A stretch of 64,000 bases of DNA from Octopus sinensis (Eukaryota): the NCBI RefSeq assembly GCF_006345805.1, contig NW_021836289.1, positions 124,001 to 188,000 on the forward strand. Reading direction: 5' to 3'. Positions 23,368 through 36,799 of the stretch are shown in pieces; position 1 is the stretch's first letter, and each line of letters starts with the position of its first letter. Made by a program: the position numbers and the translations under genes. Below the pieces are notes generated by a model. The model had not been told where the DNA came from. It did no database searches and was given only the letters and a program-made list of their open reading frames with translations.

Positions 23368-24105
23368 TGTCGCGCTCCATGCAGGTTACACTCATTTTAA
23401 GCGTTACACTTTGGCCTTGACTTTTTTTGGATATTGACATCTAAAATCAATTAAAGTTTCCAAAGCAAAGTTTCCACGAGAAAGATTTCAAATGGACTTG
23501 GTGGATTTAAGTCGATGGTCCCAAGCCAATGATGGCTTTATTTAATATCATTGACGTATATTCCAAATTTTGTTTTGCAAAAGCTATCGTCACAAAAGAA
23601 GCAACTGCTATTTGTTCAGCTTTAAGAACTATCTTTTATTGTTTTGGACCTCCTCAGATTTTACAATCTGACAATGGGAAAGAGTTCAAAAATGAACTAG
23701 TAAATTCTTTATGCACAGAATTTAACATTTTAAAAAAGTTTTGTCGTCCAAGGCATCCTCAGTCGCAGGGCCAAGTAGAACGTTGTAACCAAACGTTAAC
23801 TCGTTGGTTACAAAAAAGAAAAATTGTGAATGCGAAAAAGATGTGTTGATATCACAAATTAAAATAATCCCGAGTTAACAATTCTTTTTGTTTTGTAAAT
23901 ATCTTATCATGTTGCGTTAACTTTTTTTAATAAAAATTACAAAATAAGGCAACTCCCTGATTTGTAAGGTTAAATAAACTACAAAATGAAATTAAATATG
24001 TGGTGTTTAAAATTGAGATTTCAATTTTTATGAAGTCTGTCACCTGTCAACGTCAGGGTCAAAGTGTAACGCTTAAAATTGGTGTAACCCGCATGGAGCG
24101 CCACA
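23368..24105 (+). mobile_element. Second Ginger-type element (different family) with integrase core
   Basis: ~53-bp imperfect TIRs TGT(C/G)GCGCTCCATGC.GGTTACAC..ATTTTAAGCGTTACACTTTG. The rve core reads RFQMDLVD, NIIDVYSKF, PQILQSDNGKEF, RPRHPQSQGQVERCN. No clear TSD. Confidence 0.75.
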
Positions 24106-24457
24106 TTAAATCTAATTGAGCAATTTCCAAAGAGAGAATTTTCCGTTTTTTAAAAACATATTTTTCTGAGTTTCCCCAGACAGAAATAAGTCCTCACAAG
24201 TGACTTCACATTCAATATTGACTTAGTAGTCTGAAACTTTTCATTGAACGCCCTTGTTATATGGGGCCATCCACCGCGACGAATCCTTCCAAATCTTTGC
24301 CTGGCAGAGTAAACCACTTCTGTGGCCTGATGAATCTTGTCGGCATTGGTGACTTGATCGATTACTGCCAGCAAGGTGAGCAGGCCTTCATGGCCCAACA
24401 ACAGAAACACATTAAGGAACAAAATTAGATGCTAACTAAAGTAAGTGGCTGAAAGGC

Positions 24458-24516
24458 TAGTCAAGAGCCTAAGGGTCGCCTCAACGACATCGAGCTACTT
24501 ATTGAATGGCAGTTTC
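24458..24516. repeat. Dispersed repeat, with a second copy at 30073-30131
   Basis: Shared TAGTC.AGAGCCTAAGGGTC..CTCAACGA and TATTGAATGGCA.TTTC. Possibly a retroelement 3' end. Confidence 0.5.
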
Positions 24517-25109
24517 CGCGGAAAATGTTCTCCCCGTGTGTCCAGCCAATCACCTGATTTTTTAGGGAAATCGTCCCTGTCGGTTGTTGACTATTTTAAC
24601 TTGTTCGAATTCTCTACACCTTTTTTATCTTGAACTGAGGAATCTTGCAACGTGTACTTAGGATGTGAGACCTACAATGAAAATGAGAAAATAAATTAAT
24701 AACTAAAAAAATGGTTAAATATCACATGGAAAAGCTGAGGACCTCCTTCTGGTTGTCTGGATAACTAATTAATTTATTTAATTCACGACCCGGGAGCGTA
24801 GGTTAAATCCGGTCTTTCCCATGTGTTGGAAAGAGCCTCCAGGATTCCCAGGAATGGGTGGCCTAACCTCCTTCAGTGCTCTTTTTGGCCCGCGGAGGAG
24901 AACTGACGCCGAGGTTACGCCTACGGGATGCCCCCTGAACAACACAAGAACCAGAGTAGCGAGTTAATGTTACTTTTGCAAGTTAATGAGATTGTTAGTA
25001 GATATATCTCTGCGAATCGTGGCGTCCCCCTGTGGGCCGCAGAGTGACCAGAAGGATACCTCGGTGGCAACTCAGGAGTAACGCTATTAGATGCATTAAT
25101 CGTACAATA

Positions 25110-25700
25110 TCTTATGCGATCGTGCGCAAGACTCTATTTGTATCTCGTTTATCAGAAAAAGCTTTCAAGTCATGAGTCTCGGTGTCAGCACAAACCAATA
25201 AATGATTGCATGTGTCGAACAATCGAACATTTTACATTTGAACCTGGACTGATTCCAGAGTGTTTATGTGATGGAGTTGGGTCATTTATTTTGACCCAAG
25301 CAGTATTGCGCTTTATGGGTTGTGCTGGAGTGAGTTTGGGTTACAGTTCGTTAATAAAGTAGCCCTGAACGAGTATACCTGATAATCAGTTTTTTCTTAC
25401 AGTCAGAATTCCCACTGACTTTTCTTACTATGGCTATTGAATATGGCGATCTTGGAACGTTATATGAAGGACGTTGTCTGGAGCTAGACTACAACAAGTT
25501 GGTCATTTACACCCCTGTGTGTGGTGACCTAGTCAAAGTTTTGGAGGAGCACCAAGGGTATAAGTATCTTGGCGTGGTTGAGAGTCCGGCCTCATTAATC
25601 ACACCCGAAACGAGAAAGTGGTTCCATACAATATGGTAAACAGAGAGGGGCCAGTGGGTCACCCTGCTAAATACCGCATTTGGACATAATAATTTCATCA
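25110..25700 (+). mobile_element. Decayed R4/Dong-like non-LTR RT relic
   Basis: IPECLCDG and EEHQGYKYLGV. Shares DNA blocks with 44020-44460. Confidence 0.5.
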
Positions 25701-26559
25701 TGGAACAAGAAGAGGCTTAGGGAAGAGTACGATTTGGAAGAGCTCTGGGCAACGTACCGAGACCACTTCGAGCAGGTGGTCCCTGCAGTTAAAAGCGTTA
25801 CTAACGTCCAGCTTTACGATGAATTTGCAGTCTTCGGGCATCGACTGGGCGATGAGCACAGCAGAGAAAAGAAGCTTTCTGGCGACGGTTGAAATGTTTC
25901 CCGATATGCGAGCAGAGACAAGTTACAAACGATAACCTGTCACTTCTCGGTTCGTGGGTTAATGGGGACAGGAGATCGCCGAGCTGATGGGCTTTAGGCA
26001 ATTTATTCTACCGCTGCTGCTAGACGCAAAAGACGCCAGAGCAGTCGAGACCTCAAACGAAGTGATCGGAGTGGACAAAAGCGAATCCAACGACCGTGTT
26101 GCACGGAAATCAACAGGGGCATGAGGGTGTTTGCTGCATAGTTAATTTAAAAATGCATCACACCGAAGAGCCACAGAGGAGTTTGACGAAATAACACGCA
26201 CAGCTCCAGAGGTATCGCCCTGGATGAGTTTGCTTGGAATATAGTCTGCTTACTATATAAAGGTTTACAAGAAAAGCCAAAGCGGCCCTTCATGTAAGAA
26301 TTGGATGATTTACAAGAGACACAAGTTGTCATGGAAGAGAATGATACAAAAATTAAAAAAAGAAGAAACGATTAACAAAATCTAGTTCCGCGTTGATATA
26401 AATATCAATCGCGGTTTTTATTGGAGGCAAAGTTTCATCTAAAGTTTATCCTGAAAAGAAACGAAAAAAGAAAAAAAGACTCTTCGAACAAATAAATGCT
26501 TAGAAAACGTCTATAAGATGGAAGAACAAAACATGACGCATATTATCACTGGCTCAAAC

Positions 26560-26950
26560 TCTTCGGCTTTGCCCCGCTTGCACTTGGGATACCTCACATT
26601 GGGTCAAAGGAACAACATCGGAACACCAAAGAAAGTAGCATACGTGGAAACTCCCTTTCCTCAAAGATAAAAAAATATTCAGGATTTCCAAATACAATCT
26701 AATAACAAAATGGAAGTTTTGAAATCAAAACATCCGGATACACTCGGAGAGAAAGTAAATCGTAAACTTTTTGAAGGCAACGTCCGGGCGGCGTTGCAAG
26801 TCGTTTTTAGCGACGTTGCCGTTTTGGAGTTCTTGAGCAGATCAGACGAAAACATACGTCCTCAGAAGATTACCGCTCATTCGTTCTTCCTGGAAATATT
26901 CCAAAGACAACTGTCATCGAAAGCGAAGTGCGGCGAGCAGCAGTGGAGGT
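26560..26950 (+). mobile_element. CRE pre-RT relic
   Basis: VNRKLFEGNVRAALQVVFSD resembles the CRE KLxEGDVRGAVRLLSSD motif. Confidence 0.45.
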
Positions 26951-27164
26951 CTCGATGACATGTGAAAAACAGTTTAACTTTATTAACTTTATCACCCCTA
27001 ATTATAACATTGAATCGAATATCAAAACAACAAGATCACAAATAATTATTTTAATTTAACATAATTCAATTATCTTGTAGATACGGCTGATTTTTAAATA
27101 TTTATTTATTAGTTTAATTAAGCTTGTCGAATACATAACAATAAATAACGTGTGAATCGTGGTG

Positions 27165-28997
27165 ATGGCCCAGACAGAACAAAACCTAATTCACAGACTG
27201 GCTCAAAGATACCACGGAGACCACACGGCAGATGTGCTGAGAGAAATAACCCTCTCTAAATTCATCTCCAAATCAGAACTAAAGAAGATCTGCCATCACA
27301 TCCCCCAACTGAACAACCCACTCGCCATCCTCCTCTCCATGGACCTTATTCAAATGCTCGACGAAAAGACTTTTCATGTCCCAAACATGCAAACTCTCCT
27401 CCAATCCCTCCTACAGAAGATTCTCCACCACACCACCCTCCTCAACGCTCCCCCTCCCAGAGAAGTCAGAAGGGCAGTTGCCCACGTGCTCATTTCGGAG
27501 GGGAAATTGTCGCCACTGCAAATCCTGGTCAAGTCGTATAGGAGAAATAAGAATGCCGAGGAAAGACACGAGTTGTGTGAGCATGTTCGCTGGCTTACAA
27601 AGGCTGGTTTTCTGGGGTGTCAGGGGCCCCACGTAGACGATGGTGAGGTATCCAGTTTTTTGCAAAGGAGACGTGATACTACTTCTTTCTTTGGTAATCT
27701 CTACCAATCAAATCTTGTTGCTATCAATGAAGCTATTCAAGGTAATAAGAGAGCTTATTTTGTAGTTTTTGACAAATTTAGTCACAACGAACTAATGTCA
27801 CAACAAGAACACCCTGTTGAGAAAAATGTATTTAATATTTAACATATTCTAATCCAATATTAATATAAATTTATTAGTATAATTCTCTGGAGTCTTTATG
27901 GTCACTAAATCGGAGTTTCTTCAATTCGTGGATATGTCTACACAAAATGTGTTCATTCATCAAATCAAAGATCTCCGAGGTGGTGATTGGGCTAATGATT
28001 AAAGACTGCCTCCAATGCCTATCGACTACTCGTCCTGTCCTCCCTCATATCCGCCAAAAACCCACATTTCCAACTCCCAATGTCGGGTGTGTCTCTCGGC
28101 CAGGCCCTCGAGGCAGCCAATCTCTTCAATATTCCGGGATTTCCCAATTCGAATGCCCTGCGCACTGCTATTGATTCTCTGACCTCCATTCCTGTTGTCC
28201 CTACTTATTAAATGTAGTTTGGATTCGTTGTCGGGGACCACTTCAATGACTCTTACAGACCTGGTTTGTTTATTATATATATTTTAGAAGTGTTTAAAGT
28301 GATTTCCCTTCTATCAATCGACATATGTTTCAAGCTTATTGAAAGGCGGGTGTCAGTAAAGGCTGCTACTATTTTCAATGTGCTCAGTCTGCATCCCGAC
28401 GAGCTGTTCCTCCAACAAGACCTAGAACAAGCCCTTCTCTGCAGTGCCAATGACCTGACAGGAGACCTTCTCTTCCTCTATAGGGAAGGATTGATCCGAG
28501 TGCGAGTATGCCTTGAGGTGAGTGGATTAGGCGGACCCCCCTGATTCGACCTCCGAGGACGTGAATTATCTCTTCTCTGTCAATTTGGAGAGGACTAGTC
28601 GGTCGGGTATGGATATATTGCGGAGATTATTGGAGAGTCTGGTGAGGGAGAGAGAGGAAATATCGAGACAGATTAAGTATGGTGTCCTCTCGAGTTCAGA
28701 CCCTCCAAGGATCAGTATGAGCTGTTCGTGTCTCTCCACACTCAGATGATATTGGAGAATGTCGATGAAGGAGGGTTTGTAGACTATATCCCTCCCGCCG
28801 AGATGGATCGACTCCACAAATATCACAAGTCTGCTGAAAAGTTCTTACTGATATTCTGATGAGGTAGGATGACACTGATCGAGGTTGCATTGGTTGCTGA
28901 GTTGACTGTCCTGGAGGGGTTTGTTGACTTGTGTGTCCTCAGACGGTATCAAAGCATCAGGGGCGTCGATGCCTTCATTGCCAGGCGTTTTGACTGA
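27165..28997 (+). CDS. POLR3C: RNA polymerase III subunit RPC3/RPC62, multi-exon
   Basis: N-terminal winged-helix region (VLISEGKLS..WLTKAGFL), VSVKAATIFNVL, YLFSVNLERTSR..ILRRLLESLVRERE, and YIPPAEMDRL..KMTLIEVALVAELTVLEGF align by eye to RPC3. Exon structure of the middle is uncertain. Confidence 0.65.
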
Positions 28998-31214
28998 TTT
29001 ATTTTTTTAATTTTATTTATTTGTTGTTGTGGCCCAAACCTAGCTTTAATGTAACCTCACAGTTTATTTTTGACACAAACCTATTCTAAGCAGGGTGTCC
29101 TTTCTTTGAAGAGGTGCTGAGGATAATCCAGGTGCTGTAATCGGCAGGTAATTAAAGGAACCTGACTATTCCTTCCTCTGTTTAGATTTGTTCTGTAGAG
29201 TCGACTGTATTTCCAAATCTGTCGGATTATAGGGATGTAAGTGATCTTGGCCTACTGTGGACTTACTTGATGTCCTTCCATTATATTCTTATTTGTCATT
29301 CTTATGGGTGTGTCTCTACTCTCATGTTCTGTGGAGTTTATACTTTTTGTCATTTTTGTAAGCGGTGGATGGACACGTGCTTGTTGATGTTGACATGACC
29401 GACTAGAGAGGAGTCTTCTTGAGCTTAGTGATGTGTTTGAATTATTTAATGTCGGTGTATTCTGACTATTTTGTTCATGAAAATTATGCGTTCTTATTTT
29501 GGTCGATTATTGATAGCCGTTGTTTAGATGACCATCCGTTTAGTCGGATCATCGTCCATTTTAATGGCCAATTCGTTTTAAACTGAACAAAATAAGTCTC
29601 AAAAGTGAATCTAACCATTCACTGTTAGAAAGTATTTTTACATCCTGGGTCTTTCATGGATCTTACTTTCCAAGCCTACTTCTTGATTTTCAGCAGTCGT
29701 CGTTTGTCTATGAGATTTTCCACTCCTTCGAGAAATGCAACGCTCTACAAACGCCGAGCAGTAAAATCTACCATGTTTATTAGTCAAACATACTCAAACA
29801 AACCCACTATCTGGTAAAACCAAAGCCAACTACTTTGGTTTGTATAAAGTGGACAGATCTAAAGAGTTCTGTACTAAAAAGATCAATTTTACCTTTGTTT
29901 TTTTCTTCTCTCGCATTTCACCCTAGAATTTCATTTTATATCTCACCGACAATGTCGCTGAAACTTCTGAAATTAAAACGTTTAACAATGAATTGAAAGC
30001 TTTTTTTTATTAGTGAAAAACAAATAAGTATTTATTTGACCGGTTGTGAAAAAGAAAAAGTAACTCAAAGAATAGTCGAGAGCCTAAGGGTCAGCTCAAC
30101 GAGACTGCACTGCGTATTGAATGGCAATTTCAGCAAAGCACAGCGACCAAGATTCGCTATTTACTTTGGTTTTTATGTTTTTGGTCTCCAGGGGTTTTTA
30201 ACTCGACTACTGTTATCGACTCTCATTTTTGAAGTGTGGAAGTTCTATTCCTATAGTCTTTTTAAACGGATTTTAAAATAAAACGTAAAACTTTAACTAA
30301 ATGAAACAAAACAAAATTAACGAAACCAAAAGAGATAGTTAAATGTTTAAATGGGTTTAGTTAAATGGGAAAAGTAACCCCATGTCATCACCTTGAAAAA
30401 AGGCCTGCATTTTAATTTACATTCATTGTCATTGAGTTCACATCCTTTCTTCAAGTAATTGAATTGCTTACAGTAGACTGTCGGGAAATCGATATCCAGG
30501 CCGCCTTTAATCACCTCAATCCCAATTCTGTTATTTTCGAATATAAATTTCTAAAAATAATAACTGAATCGGGTCCGAACCTAAAATATCTTAGTCAATG
30601 AAAATACAGTCCGTCTCCGCCAATATACTCCAAATTTTTAAGAAAATTAAGATTTTTTAATTTAGCAGGAACGGAGATCATGATAAATCCTGTCAGCGCC
30701 TGAACCGAACTTAGATATTTAAAGTTCTCAATTTGAATTTCTCTAATTATAGGGATTTGCAATCAAGTACTCGTGTGGCATTATGAAAATGCTTCCGATT
30801 ATGACAGAACAATGTTCAAATTGATTGATGTTCAAATTGGTGATCAAAATGACTTCGTCCACAATTTCACAAACTATTTTTGTAAAGCAAAAACATTTCT
30901 AAACATTTCTAGCGCATCCAAATTTTCTTGAAGAATTTTAATACAATTACATCACAGGACTTAACAACAGGCATGATTTTCACTTTTGACCAATAGATTG
31001 TCTCCAGTTCATTTGACATTGATTTTATGAAATGATCGGATGAAATTGTTTGCATAGAATAAAAAAGTCGCAGTTAAACTAACATCGCGGAAAAAAATAT
31101 ACGTCATTATCTCAGACAGCATAGTCAGCTAAATAACCATCCTAAATAACACTCTAAGCCACGTCAATATCATCAAACTCTACGACTTTAACGTAGAATT
31201 GAAAATATAAGTCC

Positions 31215-31430
31215 TAGTGGGACGCCAACAACTGTTATGATGGAGTTGTGTGGTTGTGATCTGACACATCTATTGAGGAAACGTCTCAGTCTTGATATAG
31301 TCCGTCGAGTGCTCCAACCAATTGGTCGGCCTACATTAAGTACTCAGCTTCCGCCAAGGTGTACCTCCACGGACAGCTTAGCGTCGAGGCAATTCCGGAA
31401 ATAAAAATAAACGTAGATTATCAAACTGTT
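31215..31430 (+). pseudogene. Degenerate protein kinase remnant
   Basis: VMMELCGCDLTHLLRKRLSLDIVRRVLQPIGR followed by a decayed catalytic-loop-like stretch. Confidence 0.3.
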
Positions 31431-33080
31431 CCTGTGTCAATGATTCGGGTTTTTGAGTCATTATGAGAAAAATCTGTTCAAAATACTTTCTTAGTCTACG
31501 ATTGAAAAATAATCAGAGACATCCAAAACCAAATTTTGTCAAAAATGACTTTACTACGAAGTAATTGTTTATAATAAGTGTTATAACCGATAATTCAAAA
31601 AACTCGATATAAAACTCAGACACAACACACCATGGAACCGTATTATGTGCGTAGTGAGTGAAAATTTTGTTATAAAGTGTACCTAAAAAGTTATAAGGCT
31701 TATTCAAAGATATATAATTTTTAGCCAGAGACGAACAGTGAAAAAAAGTCGTAAAAACATTTATCACCGTTCGGAAGGCCTCAATCTCATATCCCTTTTA
31801 AGTCGTTTTACTTAAAATATAAAAGTGAAAAAAACGTTAAGAGGAACCGCAGAAAGCAATCTTAGAAATATGGAGAGAATTGCCTGGACAAGCATGCACC
31901 GACGAGAAACCATTGTTGCTATAAAGACTAGCAGCGACTCTTTGTTTAAACTTTATAAAACAGGGAATAACTGGAAATAGTACCATTGATTAGTTTACAT
32001 AATAAGGCAAGTAAACATGATTAACGGCCGAGTCATAAATGCTGTTAAGATCAGTCAGAAATTCTTGTAAATAGCGATTTAATATGAAAATTTCAACACA
32101 GCAAAGAGACATTTGAAAAGTTCTGGAAATACTAATTTAGGATTTCTAAACTTTGTCAAATTATTGGAAATGGCGATAGTCCCAACAATATTAACAATAC
32201 GACTCTGAATCAAAGAAAATTCTGCCATTCCCAAAATAAAAAAGAGATTGAGAACTTCACCTATTTTAACAACAAACTCAAGCAAACATGAATTTCCGGT
32301 TTATCCAGGAAAATAGACTGTCATCGAATATCAAATAATACCCAAACACATTTATCAAACCATTCGAGGTGATTCGAGTACAGTCAAATGAAAAGTCTTT
32401 ATACTTCATATCGAAATCAGACTTAAGGTAATCAAAAAATGTAACAGACTTCCCACGAGTAACGGGTCGCCAATGTAACATAATAACATCGTCAAGAATT
32501 TTTTTAGGTTCAATAGGCATTTGCCTTCACATCAAAAGAATATTGATGCAGAATGCAGTAAAGATGCATTGACAGAGTTTACCTTATCTCAAAAACCAGA
32601 GTTACATTCAAGCAATGCTGGTGCTCCATCTGTAATACATGCAATAAGATTTTGCAAAAATAGACCTTCTGCTTCAAAAAACAATTAAATCCATCAAGCA
32701 TATCTGCACAATTTTTTAAACGAGATAGCTTATTGCTTTAAATAAAAAAAGGAATAAAAGAAACACAGCCAAAACCGGCTTGCATGATTGTGAGGAAATT
32801 CCCGGGTAAAACAGACACCAAGATCCTCGAATAAAAAACGTAAATTCCCTGGGATCTCTAGAACGATTGGTGCACAAATGGCCAAGTTTCTAAAAATGAA
32901 CAAGAGTCTTGAAAAACACAGGAACCCTCTAACGCAATTGTCCAAAAGCAAAATCGTTTGCATAAGTTACTGTACTTCGACAGTTTTATAGATTCGACCT
33001 TCTCAGCCGATGAACTGGGTCGACAAGCAGTAGAATTAAAGGTTCCCTTGGCAAAAGAGTCAGCACAGGTGTGTTACGGC

Positions 33081-33680
33081 TTGACGAGTGACGCCGTCAT
33101 CAGTGATCTTTTTCAGCCACACCATAAAAGAAAAAGACAAGAGGGAGCAGCGACACATGACTTTGTTCGGATTATTTAGTTTCTTGATAACATGTTCTCT
33201 TTCTGTCTTGATCTTGTGTTAGTTAGTTAGTTATGTTACCCCGGCTTCACTAACACGTAGGAAACCGGCTGCAATCAGGAAGCGCGACGCGAAGATCGGG
33301 CGCTCCCAGAGATCCCGAATCCCAATAGGCGGAGACAAGTGAGGCGGTTCAGGACAGGGGAAGAGGTCTTCAGGGGTGAAGGAACGGTATGTTTCGAAAA
33401 TGAGTGGATGATGTCGCGAGCGAATCTGAGCAAGCTGGACACGGAGATATCTGCAGAGTGATTGCTCTGAGGAGTGGACCGGCGGGGGGGGGAGAGTTGA
33501 GAAGTTTGTTGTTGTTCGGCGGGGGAAACAACGATGTGGGTCACCTTCACGTGGTGTTGTTTGGATGCTGTGATTACAGTAACTAAAAGACCCTCAACAA
33601 TCTCCCCATCTGATCGTTGTCACGATCTTTTGGCTGCAATTTGATCTTGTGTGGCTGGCCCAAGTGAGATATCATATTGC
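33081..33680. repeat. Dispersed repeat (possibly solo-LTR-like), interrupted by a LINE 3' end; paralog at 48340-48527
   Basis: 27-bp identity TTGACGAGTGACGCCGTCATCAGTGAT and shared TAACATGTTCTCT..TCTTGATCTT.TGTGGCTGGCC. Confidence 0.55.
33220..33640 (-). mobile_element. 5'-truncated Vingi/Ingi-like insertion with (TAAC)n tail and 12-bp TSD
   Basis: TSD TTGATCTTGTGT at 33208-33219 and 33641-33652. C-terminus LLNSPPPP..RVQLAQIRS..CPEPPH..RDLWERP..SRFL. The empty site is visible in the paralog at ~48495-48510. Confidence 0.8.
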
Positions 33681-33702
33681 AGCAGGGCAATTAATAATAA
33701 TA

Positions 33703-35632
33703 CAGTAAAACCTCTGGTGCTCGCCATTTTCGGGACCGAAGAAAAAATGGCGAGCAATAGAATATGGCGAGCAATAGAAATAATCAATAAATTTGTTGAC
33801 ATTGAAATTTTGAAAACATCTCCGTTTTCGATACTTTCCGATCATAAGTGAGCCTTCCAAGTCATATTTGAGCAAAGAAACAAAGAGAATCGAAAGAAAT
33901 TAAAAGAAAAAAATTAACTAAAAAAATCTTTAATAGTTTTTTTTAATTCAGCCATATTTCTAATAACGGTTTCGATTAGTTCCAACGAATTTATATCAAA
34001 ATTTTCATTTTGATAAAAGAATGACTTTATTCTTTTCAACATTTTCAAAGCCTCTTTCGAATTCACATGAGATTCGTCATTATGAGTATCTTCATCGTCA
34101 TATTTGTGTGGGAAAGAATCTCCAGCAATATTAAGGTAATCTTCAATTTCATCTATTTCGGTAAATTCATGATTAATAAAATCATCTTTATCCACCGGGT
34201 CCAATATTTTCAAGATATTTACCATTTTATCATAATTATCAATTTTAACAGTTGGTCTTTCGAATTGATTTTCACATTCGATCCATTTTGAATGTCCGAA
34301 ACAATTTGTAATTGTTTTGGTCGTTACTTTTTTCCAGGCAAAATATGTAAAAAGAAGACCGTCTTTTAAGGTTATTTTTTATGAGCTTCCAGTGGATTTT
34401 CTCCATTTTCAATTTTTTCTAACATTAACTCAAATTTATGTTTATTAAAATGGCCTTTGAGGGATCTAATGATTCTTTGATCCATTGGCTGTAGAATTGT
34501 TGCAGTCTTCGAAGGTAGGTAAAGAACTTCAATTGACTGTAAATCAGCGTAAAGTTTATGGGATGGGCATCGATCCACAACTAAAAGAATTTTTCGTTTT
34601 TTTAGATGCCTATCCCATGTTAAAAGCCATTCGTTAAAAATTTTACTTGTCATCCATGCTTTTGGTGAATGACAGTAATCGACAAAATTTTCGACTTTAA
34701 AATTTTTAAAGCAGCGAGGTTACTGGAACTTTCCAATCATAAGTGGAATTTTTTGTCTGTCCCAGTCATATTTGAGCATAGCAACAAAGAAAATCTAAAA
34801 AATAAATTAAAATTAAACCGTTCTTAAAGGATATTATGTCCATGTCGAACCTTCTGACAAACACTTTTTGAAGGGATAGATTTGTAAAAAATCCCAGTTT
34901 CATCAGCGTTATAAATGTTTTCAGCATTATATTGTTAAATCTTTGCAGAGATCAAAGAAGTAAATGCATCAATTTCTTGTTTCTGATCAACTGCAGTAGA
35001 TCCTGATTCTCCATGTAAAGTCCTCAATTTTAAGTTGTTCCGTATCTTGAACTTGCTTAGCCATCCATTGCTGTTTTTAAACTCTTTAATTCCATAAATA
35101 TTAGCAATGTTCTTTGCTTTCAACAAAATTGAATTATCGTCCAGAAACCCCCCTCTAAGCTCAATGTAATCCATTCAAGTTAATAGTTCGGTGTCAATAA
35201 CAGAATAAGTTAAGTTAAATAATCTCTTCTTATTGGAGAAAATAGGGTCAGTGGACATTATTTTCTCTTTTCCAAGTCTTAAATCGTTCACAGCCCTTCG
35301 AGATATTTTTTCTTCAAAATAGAAGAAAAATGTAAGCTATACGGTCCATCGTGAACTTTTGTTCTCCTCCATGTACGCAATAATGCGACGTTTTTCATTA
35401 AAAGACAATCTTGTGCACTTACGCATGTTAAATTTATCGTGGTTGAAATATTTTATATAAAAAATAGTTTAATCAAAAAAAATATTTTTAAAAATTAATG
35501 GCGAGATTTAGAAAATGGCGAGCAATAGAATATTTATCAAAATTTACTAGAAATTTTTAATTTTTTGAAAAATATGTGGCGAGCAATAGAGGTGGCGAGT
35601 AACAGAGGTGGCGAGCACCAGAGGTTTTACTG
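33703..35632 (-). mobile_element. Full-length but decayed Tigger of a second family
   Basis: Perfect 24-bp TIRs CAGTAAAACCTCTGGTGCTCGCCA with TA TSD and TGGCGAGCAATAGA subterminal repeats. Transposase 35426 to 33914 has stops (SNGWLSKFK, LVVDRCPSH, LQPMDQRII) and a 24-nt intron at 34795-34818. Confidence 0.9.
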
Positions 35633-35794
35633 TATGAACTTTTTGAAAATATGTATTTACACACGCATTCTACATTTTGTTGTTTAAATTTTTCAAGTTC
35701 TTATCTTATGTTTCGTTTAACTATTTATATTAGTTTTATGTCCAAAGGGTTAAACCAATTAAGAAACAATGCACAAAAATTTTTAAATTGTATG

Positions 35795-35833
35795 TGGACA
35801 AGGGGGCGATAAAAAAAAGGTTGAGAATGCCTG
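35795..35833. mobile_element. hAT (Buster-like) terminus
   Basis: Reverse complement CAGGCATTCTCAACCTTTTTTT; flank ATCTAATA. Confidence 0.45.
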
Positions 35834-36329
35834 ATCTAATAGATTATTAAACAACAAAAATTAAAATAGTAACTTTGATTAAAACAATAAAAAACACTAA
35901 AAATAATCACTTTTCTTGATTTGAATCAGTGTTCTGATTACAACGACATGACAATTGCCTATGAGAACAGTTCAAACTCTTCATAGACTAATATTGTAAA
36001 AATGAACTTTCTTTGCACAAATGTTCAAATATAGACAGATGATCCTTAAATTACGTTAAAGTTTGTAGCATTTTGAATTTTAAAAATAAAAAGTACGGTA
36101 AATTCCCTACAATTTCTCAACGTGGCATTAGTGGCAATTGCATTCAACTTAAAATTCAGCAAAAAATTAGACTAATGAGTTATAAAGATTAAAATACACT
36201 GCTGTCTGTCAGTGAATAGCTGATAGATTTTCTTATATGTTTGAAGTAAACACTTCGAGGAGGACAATTAACGATATTTAAAAGACGCGTGGAATGATTT
36301 CGAAGAATGTTAATTCCTATATGAAAATT

Positions 36330-36617
36330 TGCAAAAAAATGCGGAAGTACTCCTCACTTACGGAGAAGTTCCAATTCCTTCCATTCGCGGTTGAGACTTC
36401 TGGTTCCTTGGGCAGTAAGGCAATCAGCTTCGTTCAGGAGATCGGGTCCCGCATGTCTGCCATCACAGGCGACGCCCGCGAATCGAGATGGTTTTTCGAG
36501 CGGATATCCCTTGCGATAGTACGCTCTAACTCTTTCTCGATCGCGTCGGCTTCCCGCCCATGAAGCTTTTAATTAATTAACTTGTAGTTTTGTAAAATAT
36601 TAATTTAAAAAAAAAAA
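36330..36617 (+). mobile_element. 5'-truncated CRE 3' end with A-tail
   Basis: KYSSLTEKFQFLPFAVETSGSLG...WFFERISLAIVRSN followed by an A-run. Confidence 0.85.
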
Positions 36618-36799
36618 TTTCAGAGCTGGAATATTCGAAAATTGATGAAACCTCTCATTTTGGAGAATCTCTCATTTTACCAACTATAAAAATGTCCTTC
36701 AAATCTTTTTAGATATCAATGCTAAAATGAGTACAAGACTTGTATTTAAATTGACTAGTAAACCGACAACTCAGAAAACAAACAAGAAAAATAGTTAAT

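Noticed and set aside
24785-25085. GC-rich structured stretch as a possible HDV-like ribozyme or retroelement UTR (also 43870-43960)
   Set aside because: I could not build P1/P3/P4 and the catalytic C in the HDV topology. An Infernal or RNArobo search would be needed.
31500-32960. Several 60-85 aa ORFs
   Set aside because: No recognisable domain; probably decayed TE or gene debris.
33095-33107. CTGATGA on the minus strand (also ~48355) as a hammerhead ribozyme core
   Set aside because: No correctly placed GAAA and stems I-III.
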